Below the pieces are notes generated by a model. It saw only the letters and a list, made by a program, of their open reading frames with translations, was not told the DNA's origin and did not search any database. Below are positions 49,325 to 58,529 of a stretch of DNA of 64,000 nt, one piece after another. The position numbers and the translations under genes were made by a program. Source of the DNA: an uncultured Nitrospiraceae bacterium (GTDB lineage Bacteria > Nitrospirota > Nitrospiria > Nitrospirales > Nitrospiraceae); NCBI GenBank assembly GCA_963846575.1, contig CAWJWJ010000002.1:2144001-2208000 (forward strand), read 5' to 3'. Each line of letters starts with the position of its first letter. Position 1 is the stretch's first letter.

Positions 49325-50304
49325 CCATCGGGTATCGGCCATCCCACCTGTCGCCAACCATCTACCGCGGCGATCCATCGATGAGGGGCCAGAGGATGTG
49401 GGTCGATATGATGCATCCCCCCCTGCGTCCAGGCACGCCAACTCGGACCAAACAATGCACGGCGTGAAGCCGGGCGCTCACAATAGCTAGTTGGAGTGAG
49501 TTCGGTAATCTCAAACGCCCGTACCCTCGTCCCGTAGATCGGCGAACAATCTTGCGTAAACCTGAGGATGCAATCATCGGATACCACTACTCGTCCTGCT
49601 GGCCGAGCGATATGCGGATTCCCACTGATTATTGGAGAGCACGGATGTTCCTGCCAGGGACCTCGCAACTCAGGAGCATGGTAGAGTCGAAGCGTGTCGT
49701 GCTTAAGCGCCGGATTGGTCTCAGAGAATAGCCACCATGTATCACGGTAAAAAAAGATCGAACTATCATTAAACCGGTGTCCCTGGAGTAAGATATCAGT
49801 ACACACCCAGTCAGAGGGAAAAGACCTCGCATGATAGAGCCGCACGCTTTCAGCCTGATGAGTTTCTGGAATCATGTAGTATTCCCCCTGCCACTCAAAC
49901 AGGTACGGGTACGACAGGTGATATGACTCCCGCAGAACAACCTTCTGATACGCCCAGATAAACCCGTCGGCACTTGTTGCCCATGCAATCTCGCCACGAT
50001 CTGCATCGAAATTGTAGACTTCAAAAAACATATGCCACACCTTTCCCGCCCGAAGCAGGAACGGATCCGCAACGAACAAGGCACGCACATCGGAAACATC
50101 TTCCCGAGTCAAAACCGGATTCGCCTCCCCGCCAGCATGGCGTAGCTTCAATGGTGATGACCCGGTCACAATCCCTATCGACCACAGTTGGTGAACAGCC
50201 CCCTTCTCACCAAGTAATAGGTCAGCCATGCCCGGAGCACACATTTCACGAATCTTTCGCTTAACGTACCACTTCAAAATCCGCTGAAGCCCTGCTGCTG
50301 TCAT
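49303..50304 (-). CDS. Beta-propeller protein resembling the GINT1 N-terminal / glycoside hydrolase five-blade domain
   Basis: NPVLT, ADPFL, FFEV, YHLSYPY, YMIPET, GPWQEHP, RPAG, QDC, GMHHID. Confidence 0.7.
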   Translation of the reverse strand: MTAAGLQRILKWYVKRKIREMCAPGMADLLLGEKGAVHQLWSIGIVTGSSPLKLRHAGGEANPVLTREDVSDVRALFVADPFLLRAGKVWHMFFEVYNFDADRGEIAWATSADGFIWAYQKVVLRESYHLSYPYLFEWQGEYYMIPETHQAESVRLYHARSFPSDWVCTDILLQGHRFNDSSIFFYRDTWWLFSETNPALKHDTLRLYHAPELRGPWQEHPCSPIISGNPHIARPAGRVVVSDDCILRFTQDCSPIYGTRVRAFEITELTPTSYCERPASRRALFGPSWRAWTQGGMHHIDPHPLAPHRWIAAVDGWRQVGWPIPDGWKRPHC

Positions 50305-51230
50305 TCAGAACCTACGCCAGCACGGGTTGCATACGAGGCAATCGTCTGTCGCAATCCCTCCTCAAGTGAGGTCTGCGCCCGCCAGTTCAACCGCTGGTAG
50401 GCCTGCACTGTATCGGCATTTCGGACGGGTTCCGACGGGCGGTCAGGCAAAACACCAAATAAGGGCTGCGTCTGAGATTTCATAAGAAACGCAATCTTTT
50501 CTACAACCGACCGTACAGTCCGCCTAGTCCCGGTCCCCAAATCAAAACACCCGCCCTCAATATCGGCAGCCCTCGCGCCTGCGAGAAAAGCATCAACGAT
50601 ATCCTCCACAAATATCCAATCAACTTCCCATAGACAGGAGGAAAGGATTGGGGATTCCCCACGGAGAAAGGAAAGAATAACGGACGGCACGATTTTACTC
50701 TGGTCTTGGCCGGGCCCAAAGGTCATGAATGGGGTCAGCACAACAGTGGGTGTTTTATAAAGTAGGTGGAACATCCGTGCATAGGCACTCGACGTATACT
50801 TCGCTGCTGCATAGGGAGAACTTGGTATTGGCGCAGGGTCACCCCCAGCTGGCTCTGTGAGAGAGCCGGTCATCACGATTCGTCCACATCCAGATTCAGT
50901 TCCAGCCACCAGAACATTAATGGCACTTACTACAATGCCCTCGATTGTTGGTAGTACTAATTGGAGATCGGGTTGTGCGCCAGTTGCTCCGGCCAAGTGG
51001 AACACTGCCATGGGTTTCAGGTCGGTCAGAAGTCTCCGGACAGTGTGAATAGATGTCAGATCCGTTTGCCACCAGGTTGGTCCACCAGGCTCTGATGCCC
51101 GATGAGAACGAGAGGTTGCGTGCACTTCCGCTCCCAGCTTGATTAATCGTCTGCAAAGATTTGAGCCCAGGAACCCACTCCCGCCCGTTATGAGGACTTT
51201 ATATCCTTGCCACATATTAAGAATTGACAT
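50301..51230 (-). CDS. NAD-dependent epimerase/dehydratase-family protein (probable 4-keto reductase)
   Basis: GGSGFLG, YAAAK, FGPGQ, DWIFVED. Confidence 0.88.
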   Translation of the reverse strand: MSILNMWQGYKVLITGGSGFLGSNLCRRLIKLGAEVHATSRSHRASEPGGPTWWQTDLTSIHTVRRLLTDLKPMAVFHLAGATGAQPDLQLVLPTIEGIVVSAINVLVAGTESGCGRIVMTGSLTEPAGGDPAPIPSSPYAAAKYTSSAYARMFHLLYKTPTVVLTPFMTFGPGQDQSKIVPSVILSFLRGESPILSSCLWEVDWIFVEDIVDAFLAGARAADIEGGCFDLGTGTRRTVRSVVEKIAFLMKSQTQPLFGVLPDRPSEPVRNADTVQAYQRLNWRAQTSLEEGLRQTIASYATRAGVGSE

Positions 51231-51242
51231 AGCAGAAGTGTT

Positions 51243-52184
51243 CTATAGGGCCAGCGTGGAGGAATCCTTTGCCTTATACTGAAGCTCTCCTTCTGTCATT
51301 GTTCCATCATCATACAGCGCAACGATCTCAGCCGGAATTTGGGACAGATCAGTCCCTCGGAGGTAATCGCGCATGGTCGTCCCCGTACACTCTTCATCAA
51401 CGTGAGGCGCCCCTCTCCGAGCAGCCGCATCATCCACATTTACCACGCGGAAATCGATACTAAACCGAGTCTTGCCAGACGTATTCGGCACACTGGAGTG
51501 CATTTGCGCCGCAGAGAACAGAATGATACCGCCCGCTGGAATAATGATGCGTATTTGAGGGTCTTTCTCAATCATTTCAGTGGGCTTAGATAGTGGCCGT
51601 GGATCAGCTTTCAGGAATTGCGAAACATGTCCACCACGATGTTGTTTGTTCCATTCATAGTAGTTGTGATCGCGGGAATCATTCTTGACCGCCCGATTCC
51701 AATAGTTTGGGTGGAAGGCCATCGCATTCTCTGAGCAAAACTCGTAAATGGGAATCCACCAATTTATCTGGCAGGGGGGAGCTGAATACCAGGTATCCCT
51801 ATGTGGGTGCCACGCATAGGCAATACCGGTAGTGAGATAATTATCGCTGGTCGAACTCCGCATTTTGGGAACATCGAAATAGGTCTTGTCAGGATCGGCA
51901 CCCATCTCTGAGAGCAAGGCTTTGAGGTGCTTTTTCGATTCAGGATGATGAATGAAATGTGGCTTCAGCTTCCCCAATACTTCAGCGTATTGCTCAACGG
52001 ACATGTGATACTGTGCCATCTCTGGATCATGGGGGGCAAAAGCATCTGCTATAAGCTGGCGAGCGTGATTTACTAGTGCCAGTGAATGCTTCCGAGGGGA
52101 ATACGCGAACAATTGCCCTTCAAAAATCAGCTTTCTTCTTTCATCATCGGTTAATTGCGCGTCATAATAAATCGTGTTGTTCAT
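51243..52184 (-). CDS. Putative 2-oxoglutarate/Fe(II)-dependent oxygenase
   Basis: HRD (HxD), INWWIPI, distal His in AQMHSS, RFSIDFR (RxS). Confidence 0.7.
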   Translation of the reverse strand: MNNTIYYDAQLTDDERRKLIFEGQLFAYSPRKHSLALVNHARQLIADAFAPHDPEMAQYHMSVEQYAEVLGKLKPHFIHHPESKKHLKALLSEMGADPDKTYFDVPKMRSSTSDNYLTTGIAYAWHPHRDTWYSAPPCQINWWIPIYEFCSENAMAFHPNYWNRAVKNDSRDHNYYEWNKQHRGGHVSQFLKADPRPLSKPTEMIEKDPQIRIIIPAGGIILFSAAQMHSSVPNTSGKTRFSIDFRVVNVDDAAARRGAPHVDEECTGTTMRDYLRGTDLSQIPAEIVALYDDGTMTEGELQYKAKDSSTLAL

Positions 52185-52305
52185 CCGGTACCTCCTCTGG
52201 CATCACCCAACAAACAAGATGCTCTTGCACCCCGTACTAGCTCGATTTAGCTTCGAGACATGCTCATTAGCGGATCGAGACCCATATCATCGATGAGCCA
52301 CCTGC

Positions 52306-53631
52306 TTATGTAATAGACTCGTCGCCTGCGGGACGCAGCAACCCTTGAGCGGCTAATACATCAGCCGCTAATTTGATAGTTGAAAATGGCAACCCAGCAC
52401 GCTCTGCAACTTGCAACAGACTGTGCGCCCCATCCGAAAGGTTTAAAACCCAGAGGAACGCCATTTCCGAGCTACGATCTGTAACAGTCCCCCCAACAGT
52501 ACGATAGAGACCGCGCTTGCCTAATTGTGGTTCACAGTGTGGAGCTGTGTTGAGATATTTCCGATTCGACTCTAGTACCTCTACGACCGAATGAACGACC
52601 TCAAGCGACCGTGCCAGCGACACCGGTTTTACAAAATCGAGATTGTCTGCAGAGGTGTGGTATTCTGAATACCGTCCATTGGCCCTTCGCATGAAACACC
52701 CAACAGGAAGGTTAAACCCTGGCGAACCGAATTGTCGTTCGTCGTATCCGTATGGAATAAAATCTGTCAGCTCGTATGATTCTCCCAGATGCTGCAGGAC
52801 GTGAGCAAACACCGCATCAATCTCGGCATTGCCTCTTCGACTTGTTTTATAGGTGAAGGCTCCCTCATCACCAACTCCAGTCATGACGAAACCATGTTTG
52901 ATCTTAGTTACATGCTGCCGATTCAACGCTAGCCATGTAATGGCACCGATGGTCACAGGAAGGAAGAGAAAGCGATATGAGTATCGGCGTGAATGCCCCC
53001 CCAAAAGTTTAGCAAGAAATGTCGCAACTGCAATCCCTGACAGGTTGTCATTGCAGAGTGACGGATGACAAGCATGGCATGAAATGAGTACCTCGTCAGA
53101 GGTTTCTCCAGGCAAGTAATATTCGCCATAGGAGAGGTGTCCATCTGTGAAGGATGAGTCAATAACGACATCGTAGTCCTCGTCACGAAGCTCTTGATAC
53201 CGCCGATGACTCAGGCAGAACCCCCAGGACTCTTTGTAGTATGAGGTTCGGTAGGGAATCCAATCCGGATGATCGGGGATTGTGAAGAGGTGCTCCTTCA
53301 ACTCACGAAGCGACATCCTTGCTCTAACTGGAGCACTATAGCTGACAACGTGTAAGTTGGATTGCTTGAAGTCAACAATCCTCACTCCTCGCTGATCCTT
53401 TATGTACGCATCTCGGATATTCCACTCCCGCGGAACAGTCCAATCAAAAACTTGAGTGCCAGTTGGCACTTCGGACACCTCTAATGGAATATGTCGCTGT
53501 ATCGATCGGAATGTCTCCCGGATCCCCTCCCCCGTAATACTTCTGCAGATGGGATACAGTTCAGCAATGAACCGATGCATGTCATTGCCACAACCGTCCG
53601 CCAGAAACGCTGATGAATCAGAACTTGCCAC
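52306..53631 (-). CDS. DUF4910/DUF2172 aminopeptidase-like protein with C-terminal winged helix
   Basis: RSITGEG, FDWTVPREW, IPYRTSYY, CHPSLCNDNLSG, DERQ, YHTSADN, PQLGKRGLY. Confidence 0.85.
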   Translation of the reverse strand: MASSDSSAFLADGCGNDMHRFIAELYPICRSITGEGIRETFRSIQRHIPLEVSEVPTGTQVFDWTVPREWNIRDAYIKDQRGVRIVDFKQSNLHVVSYSAPVRARMSLRELKEHLFTIPDHPDWIPYRTSYYKESWGFCLSHRRYQELRDEDYDVVIDSSFTDGHLSYGEYYLPGETSDEVLISCHACHPSLCNDNLSGIAVATFLAKLLGGHSRRYSYRFLFLPVTIGAITWLALNRQHVTKIKHGFVMTGVGDEGAFTYKTSRRGNAEIDAVFAHVLQHLGESYELTDFIPYGYDERQFGSPGFNLPVGCFMRRANGRYSEYHTSADNLDFVKPVSLARSLEVVHSVVEVLESNRKYLNTAPHCEPQLGKRGLYRTVGGTVTDRSSEMAFLWVLNLSDGAHSLLQVAERAGLPFSTIKLAADVLAAQGLLRPAGDESIT

Positions 53632-53688
53632 GTGAACCAGGCCTTTCGAGTAAGACTCCCCACCGTCACTCAGCGCTGATGCACCCCA

Positions 53689-54933
53689 TCACGCCAATAA
53701 GGGACATATCTGAACTTTTGGAATCGGCACAATGAATTGCCCCCCCCAACTCCGGATGTAATTCATCTGCTTCATAATTTCATCCTGGAGATTCCACGCG
53801 AGAATCAACACATAGTCGGGCTTCGTCTCCTTGACATGCTCTGGATCATAGATGGGAATATGGACCCCAGGCAGCCAATGCCCTTTCTTGTAAGGACTCC
53901 TATCGACCAAATAGTCAATGAAATCACATCGCACACCGCAAAAATTCAGCAGGGTACTAGCTTTCGCCGCCGCGCCATACGCCACAACCGACTTCCCTTC
54001 TCGCTTAGCTTGAATCAGAAATTCCAAGAGCGCCCGTTTTGTTTCTCGCGCTTTTTCGGAAAACGATAAATAATGATCGAGAGCAGTAAAACCTTGCATT
54101 CTTTCCTTCTCACTCAGTGCCGTCAACCGCTCAGTCACTGGCTTTGAGTCGTCTTCCGCATGACGGGCATAGATTCGCAATGAGCCGCCATGTGTAGAAA
54201 TTTCCTCGGCGTCAAAAATGGTCAGGCCATGCTTGGCAAAAACCCGACTCACCGTAGTGAGAGAAAAATAGGAGAAATGTTCGTGGTAAATCGTATCGAA
54301 CTGATTCAATTCCATCAACCGCATTAAATGAGGGAACTCAACAGTGATGATACCTCCAGTTCCTAAGAAGACCTTAAGCCCACCAACAAAGTCATTCAGA
54401 TCTGGCACATGCGCTAAGACGTTATTCCCAATAATTAAGTCGGGCCGTCGTTCTTCCGCAACCAACTCTCGCGCTGTTTCCATCCCAAAGAATTTGACGC
54501 ATGAGGGAACCCCCTTCTTCACGGCCACTTCAGCCACGTTTTTCGCCGGCTCGATCCCCAGCACGCGCATGCCTCGTTTGACAAAATTCTGAAGCAAATA
54601 ACCATCATTGCTGGCAATCTCCACGATATAACTCTGTTTTCCCAGGGAGAATCGCTCGACTACCATATCGACATAGTCCCTCGCATGTTGAAGGAACATG
54701 TCGGAGTAGGAAGAAAAATACGCATACTCTGAGAAAATATGGTCCGGGCTCTCGAATTCTTGAAGCTGCACTAATAAACAACTCTCACAAACAAACGCCT
54801 GCAATGGATAGAAAGGCTCCATCTGGTTCAACTGGTCAGGCTTCAAATAGGAATTGGCTAATGGAGACATGCCCAGGTCAAGAAAGACATGCTTCAAAAT
54901 CGTTCCACAAAACCGGCATCCGTCACGCTGCAT
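53689..54933 (-). CDS. NDP-sugar C-3 methyltransferase
   Basis: Zn site CRFC...CESC, DLGMSPLAN, EIASNDG, IYHEH, HGGSLR, YGAAAK. Confidence 0.92.
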   Translation of the reverse strand: MQRDGCRFCGTILKHVFLDLGMSPLANSYLKPDQLNQMEPFYPLQAFVCESCLLVQLQEFESPDHIFSEYAYFSSYSDMFLQHARDYVDMVVERFSLGKQSYIVEIASNDGYLLQNFVKRGMRVLGIEPAKNVAEVAVKKGVPSCVKFFGMETARELVAEERRPDLIIGNNVLAHVPDLNDFVGGLKVFLGTGGIITVEFPHLMRLMELNQFDTIYHEHFSYFSLTTVSRVFAKHGLTIFDAEEISTHGGSLRIYARHAEDDSKPVTERLTALSEKERMQGFTALDHYLSFSEKARETKRALLEFLIQAKREGKSVVAYGAAAKASTLLNFCGVRCDFIDYLVDRSPYKKGHWLPGVHIPIYDPEHVKETKPDYVLILAWNLQDEIMKQMNYIRSWGGQFIVPIPKVQICPLLA

Positions 54934-54998
54934 GAGGTGTTCTCCTTTGGCTAGGGCAACGCTAGATATCAGCGGAACGCAAATCCTGAACTATCCAG

Positions 54999-56360
54999 CT
55001 ATACAGATTCTGGCGTATAACCAATGCCACGCCATATCACGCCTGACGCTGCCATATCTGCCGGCTCAAACAGTCCTCGCCCATCGATGACAACAGGACG
55101 GTTCATTAATTTGACGAACTGAGCGGGCTGAATGGCACGATATTCTGGCCACGCCGTGACCAGACAACAGGCATCGCTTTTCTCCAGGGCGTCTGACCAA
55201 CTTTTAGCAAAAGTGACGTTTAGAAATTCTTCTCGCCTCATTGCTTGCGGCATCGCGATGGGGTCATGCACATTGACTCGAGCGCCCTTTTTCTGAAGCT
55301 CTGCAATTAACGGCAATGCCGGTGATTCGCGCAAATCATCCGTTCCCGGTTTAAATGCCAACCCGAGAACAGCGACTTGCTTTCCTGATACACTCATCTC
55401 CTTCTCTAGCAGCGAAACCATACGGATAGGCTGGTCAGAATTGATTTTCAGCACAGCGTCCAAAATCCGAGTATGCTCTCCCACTGTCCGTCCAAAGCTG
55501 CGAAGGGCCGCCACATCTTTCGGGAAACAACTACCACCGAATCCCAGCCCATGCCAGAGATACTCTGTCACGCCTGCCGCTCCCCCAACCTGTCCATTGA
55601 CTGGCGTAAGTCGCCTATCCAGATGCACCCCTTTCCACACGAAACGCGCATCAACGCCCGGAAGTGCCGAACACATGTTGCCGATTTCATTCGAAAACGA
55701 GATCATCGTAGCAAGGAATGAATTGGACACATATTTGATCATCTCAGCGGTACGCGGTGTCGTGACTAATTTAGGACAAGTGAAATCCTCGTATACCTTG
55801 AGAAATACATCTGCGGTCCTCGAGTCTGAGGCGCCCACAACGATGCGGTCTGGAACTCGAAAATCCTCCACCGCCCGGCCTTCCCGCAAAAATTCAGGAT
55901 TCATGCACAACCCCCAACCGTCCCCAAGCTGGCGGCCGGACTGAGACTCGATCGCTGCCTTGATCGGTCCCTCCGTGGTCCCCGGCAACACCGTACTTTT
56001 CACTGCCACGACATGAAACCCGCGCTTGTCTACCAGGGCTGCCCCGACTTCTTTTGCGGCCGCCACGATTTGAGACGTATCCATTTGTCCGTCAATCGTT
56101 GGAGTGCCGACGCAAATCAAAGTCACGTCAGAATCGCGGATGGCACCCCTAGCGTCAACGGTGGCGGACAGTAAGTTATTCGAGCGTGCAGTGCGTAGCA
56201 GTTCCTCCAGGCCGGTTTCATGAATAGGGGGATGGCCGGCGTTTATCTCCTCAACAACCTCCGGCCTTATGTCGACACAGGTCACGCAATGGCCCCGCTC
56301 AGCCAAACAGGTGCCGGACACAAGCCCCACATATCCCGTTCCCATCACTGAAATCTTCAT
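54999..56360 (-). CDS. ugd: UDP-glucose/GDP-mannose dehydrogenase family (Ugd-like)
   Basis: GTGYVG, KSTV, NPEFLREG, GFGGSCFPKD (catalytic Cys), GLAFKPGTDDLRESP. Confidence 0.9.
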   Translation of the reverse strand: MKISVMGTGYVGLVSGTCLAERGHCVTCVDIRPEVVEEINAGHPPIHETGLEELLRTARSNNLLSATVDARGAIRDSDVTLICVGTPTIDGQMDTSQIVAAAKEVGAALVDKRGFHVVAVKSTVLPGTTEGPIKAAIESQSGRQLGDGWGLCMNPEFLREGRAVEDFRVPDRIVVGASDSRTADVFLKVYEDFTCPKLVTTPRTAEMIKYVSNSFLATMISFSNEIGNMCSALPGVDARFVWKGVHLDRRLTPVNGQVGGAAGVTEYLWHGLGFGGSCFPKDVAALRSFGRTVGEHTRILDAVLKINSDQPIRMVSLLEKEMSVSGKQVAVLGLAFKPGTDDLRESPALPLIAELQKKGARVNVHDPIAMPQAMRREEFLNVTFAKSWSDALEKSDACCLVTAWPEYRAIQPAQFVKLMNRPVVIDGRGLFEPADMAASGVIWRGIGYTPESV

Positions 56361-56378
56361 GGATGATTTGTCCTCTGC

Positions 56379-57518
56379 CTATATGCCTGGTTCGTCTTTA
56401 TCCAATTCTTCCAATCCAGCGAACCCCTGGTACCATTGCAACATTCTGCTGAGGCCCAGTCTGAGATCCACAAGCGGCGTGTACCCCAACAATGACCGTG
56501 CCTTAGCAATATTCGGACAGCGCCGATTTGGATTATCCGTCAGATAATCTGCTTCGTCGCTGGGCTTGTGAATGACTCGTCCCTTGCTACCCGCCACATC
56601 CAGTAACAATTGGCCAAGATCTCGCATCGAGATTTCAGGCGACTCGGTACCTACATTAAATGGTTCGGCATGGTGAGAGGAAAGCAGTGTCAGCAAGTAA
56701 CCAGTCAATGCATCAGACACATAGCAAAACGTGCGCGTCGGAGTCCCATCCGACCGGAGTACGATATTGCGGTCAGCAAGAACATCACGGCAAAAATCAG
56801 GCAAGACTCGACCATCGGCCATGCGCAACCCTGGCCCATAGTTATTAAACGGTCTAACGATCTTTGCAGGTACGCCGTATTGCTGAAAATACAGGTAGCA
56901 TAGCGTCTCGCCCAACCGTTTTGATTCGTCATAACATGCGCGAGGGCCGATGCAGGACACATTCCCACGGTAGGTTTCAGTTGTGGGAATTTCATGAGCT
57001 GGAGGATCACCATAAATCTCACTTGAACTGAAATAGAGGATACTCTCACTTTTATGGGAATTGGCTAACTCCAACATGTGTCGCAAGCCGGATATATTGG
57101 TGTCCAAGGTTTCCAACGGATACTGCCGATAGACCTTCGGGCTTGCAATGGATGCACCATGAATGATGAAGTCAAATCTCTCCCCGCCAGAATCTGACCA
57201 CGACTTAGTAATATCCTGCCTTAACATCCTTATATCTGGACTGGTCGAAACCAACTCGACGAGCCAACGTGGCCGGCCTCGGATGTAATTGTCCGCAGCG
57301 ACGACTGAAAGACGCCCATCCTTTAAGAGATTGCGATTGAGGTATGCAAAGAAGTGAAGAAATCCAAACCCAAGAAAACCTGCAGCTCCGGTAACGAGAA
57401 TGCGTTTTCCACGGAATGCTTCTAAACGCTTCCCCAGTGTCTTCTCCATTCGCACCCAGTCTTCATCCAGCCATGCTTGTGCTCGCGCGAACAAAGTTGT
57501 CTCAACGGTCATTTGCAC
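56379..57518 (-). CDS. Divergent NDP-glucuronate decarboxylase-like SDR (second UXS paralogue)
   Basis: GAAGFLG, ASIASP, SSSEIYGDP, GNVSCIGPRACYDESKR, RPFNNYGPG, DGRV. Confidence 0.85.
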   Translation of the reverse strand: MQMTVETTLFARAQAWLDEDWVRMEKTLGKRLEAFRGKRILVTGAAGFLGFGFLHFFAYLNRNLLKDGRLSVVAADNYIRGRPRWLVELVSTSPDIRMLRQDITKSWSDSGGERFDFIIHGASIASPKVYRQYPLETLDTNISGLRHMLELANSHKSESILYFSSSEIYGDPPAHEIPTTETYRGNVSCIGPRACYDESKRLGETLCYLYFQQYGVPAKIVRPFNNYGPGLRMADGRVLPDFCRDVLADRNIVLRSDGTPTRTFCYVSDALTGYLLTLLSSHHAEPFNVGTESPEISMRDLGQLLLDVAGSKGRVIHKPSDEADYLTDNPNRRCPNIAKARSLLGYTPLVDLRLGLSRMLQWYQGFAGLEELDKDEPGI

Positions 57519-57655
57519 CCTCTCTTTCCTGCCGACAAATAGCGTGGTTAGAAATGGTTCAAACCCACCTGTTTTTATGGGTCCGGCAATTATCCATCCA
57601 CCTCAACCAAGCCAAGGTCCGCTTGCAGGTTATTGATGCACTCTGCCTAAACCGC

Positions 57656-58426
57656 CTACCAAATCTTCCATGGAGCTTTGCCCGTATTCCACAGCTCCTC
57701 AAGGTAGCTTTTCTCTTTTAAGGTATCCATGCAGGACCAGAATCCATAGTGCTTAAATCCCATCATTTCCCCGGCGTAGGCTAATCGTTCAACGGGATCA
57801 CGCTCCCAGATGGTGTGATCACCATCAATGTAATCCAACGCTTTGGCACTAAGCACAAAAAACCCGCCATTAATCCAGCCCTCCCCCGATTCTGGCTTCT
57901 CAAAAAACTCAGTCACTCGATCACCATCGAAGCCAATTCGACCGAAACGTGCGGGGGAACGAACCGATGTCATGGTTGCAAGCTTGCCGTGAGCACGATG
58001 AAACTCCAATAGTTTATCCATGTTCAAATCGGCAACTCCATCTCCGTAAGTCAACATGAATGTCTCATCAGTCCCGAGCCATTTCTTAAGACGTTTTACA
58101 CGTCCACCGGTTTGCGTCGTCAACCCGGTGTCGGCTAAATGGACCGTCCATTTGGGCTGATTGCCATCATGGATAGTCGTTTTTCCTGTGGCCAGATCAA
58201 CAGATAAATCATTGTTTATGGCAAAGAAATTGAGGAAGTACTCTTTGATCATCTCTCCTTTGTATCCAAGGGCAACGATAAACTCTGTAATCCCGTACAC
58301 CGCATGAATCTGCATGATGTGCCACAGGATTGGCTTTCCACCGATTTCCACCATCGGCTTTGGACGAAGCACGGTTTCCTCGGACAGTCGCGTCCCCAAA
58401 CCTCCCGCCAAGATCACCGCTTTCAT
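57656..58426 (-). CDS. rfbF: Glucose-1-phosphate cytidylyltransferase
   Basis: MKAVILAGGLGTRLSEET, PKPMVEIGG, TGGRVKR, TYGDG, WINGGFFV, FWSCMDT, APWKIW. Confidence 0.95.
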   Translation of the reverse strand: MKAVILAGGLGTRLSEETVLRPKPMVEIGGKPILWHIMQIHAVYGITEFIVALGYKGEMIKEYFLNFFAINNDLSVDLATGKTTIHDGNQPKWTVHLADTGLTTQTGGRVKRLKKWLGTDETFMLTYGDGVADLNMDKLLEFHRAHGKLATMTSVRSPARFGRIGFDGDRVTEFFEKPESGEGWINGGFFVLSAKALDYIDGDHTIWERDPVERLAYAGEMMGFKHYGFWSCMDTLKEKSYLEELWNTGKAPWKIW

Positions 58427-58529
58427 GCCCCTACCTCCAACAATCAATAGCGCTTTAAATTGCAGTCAACTTGCATATGTGCCTCAGACACCCGACACAC
58501 GACCTCCGGCCTGCATCGCCGCGATCTCC

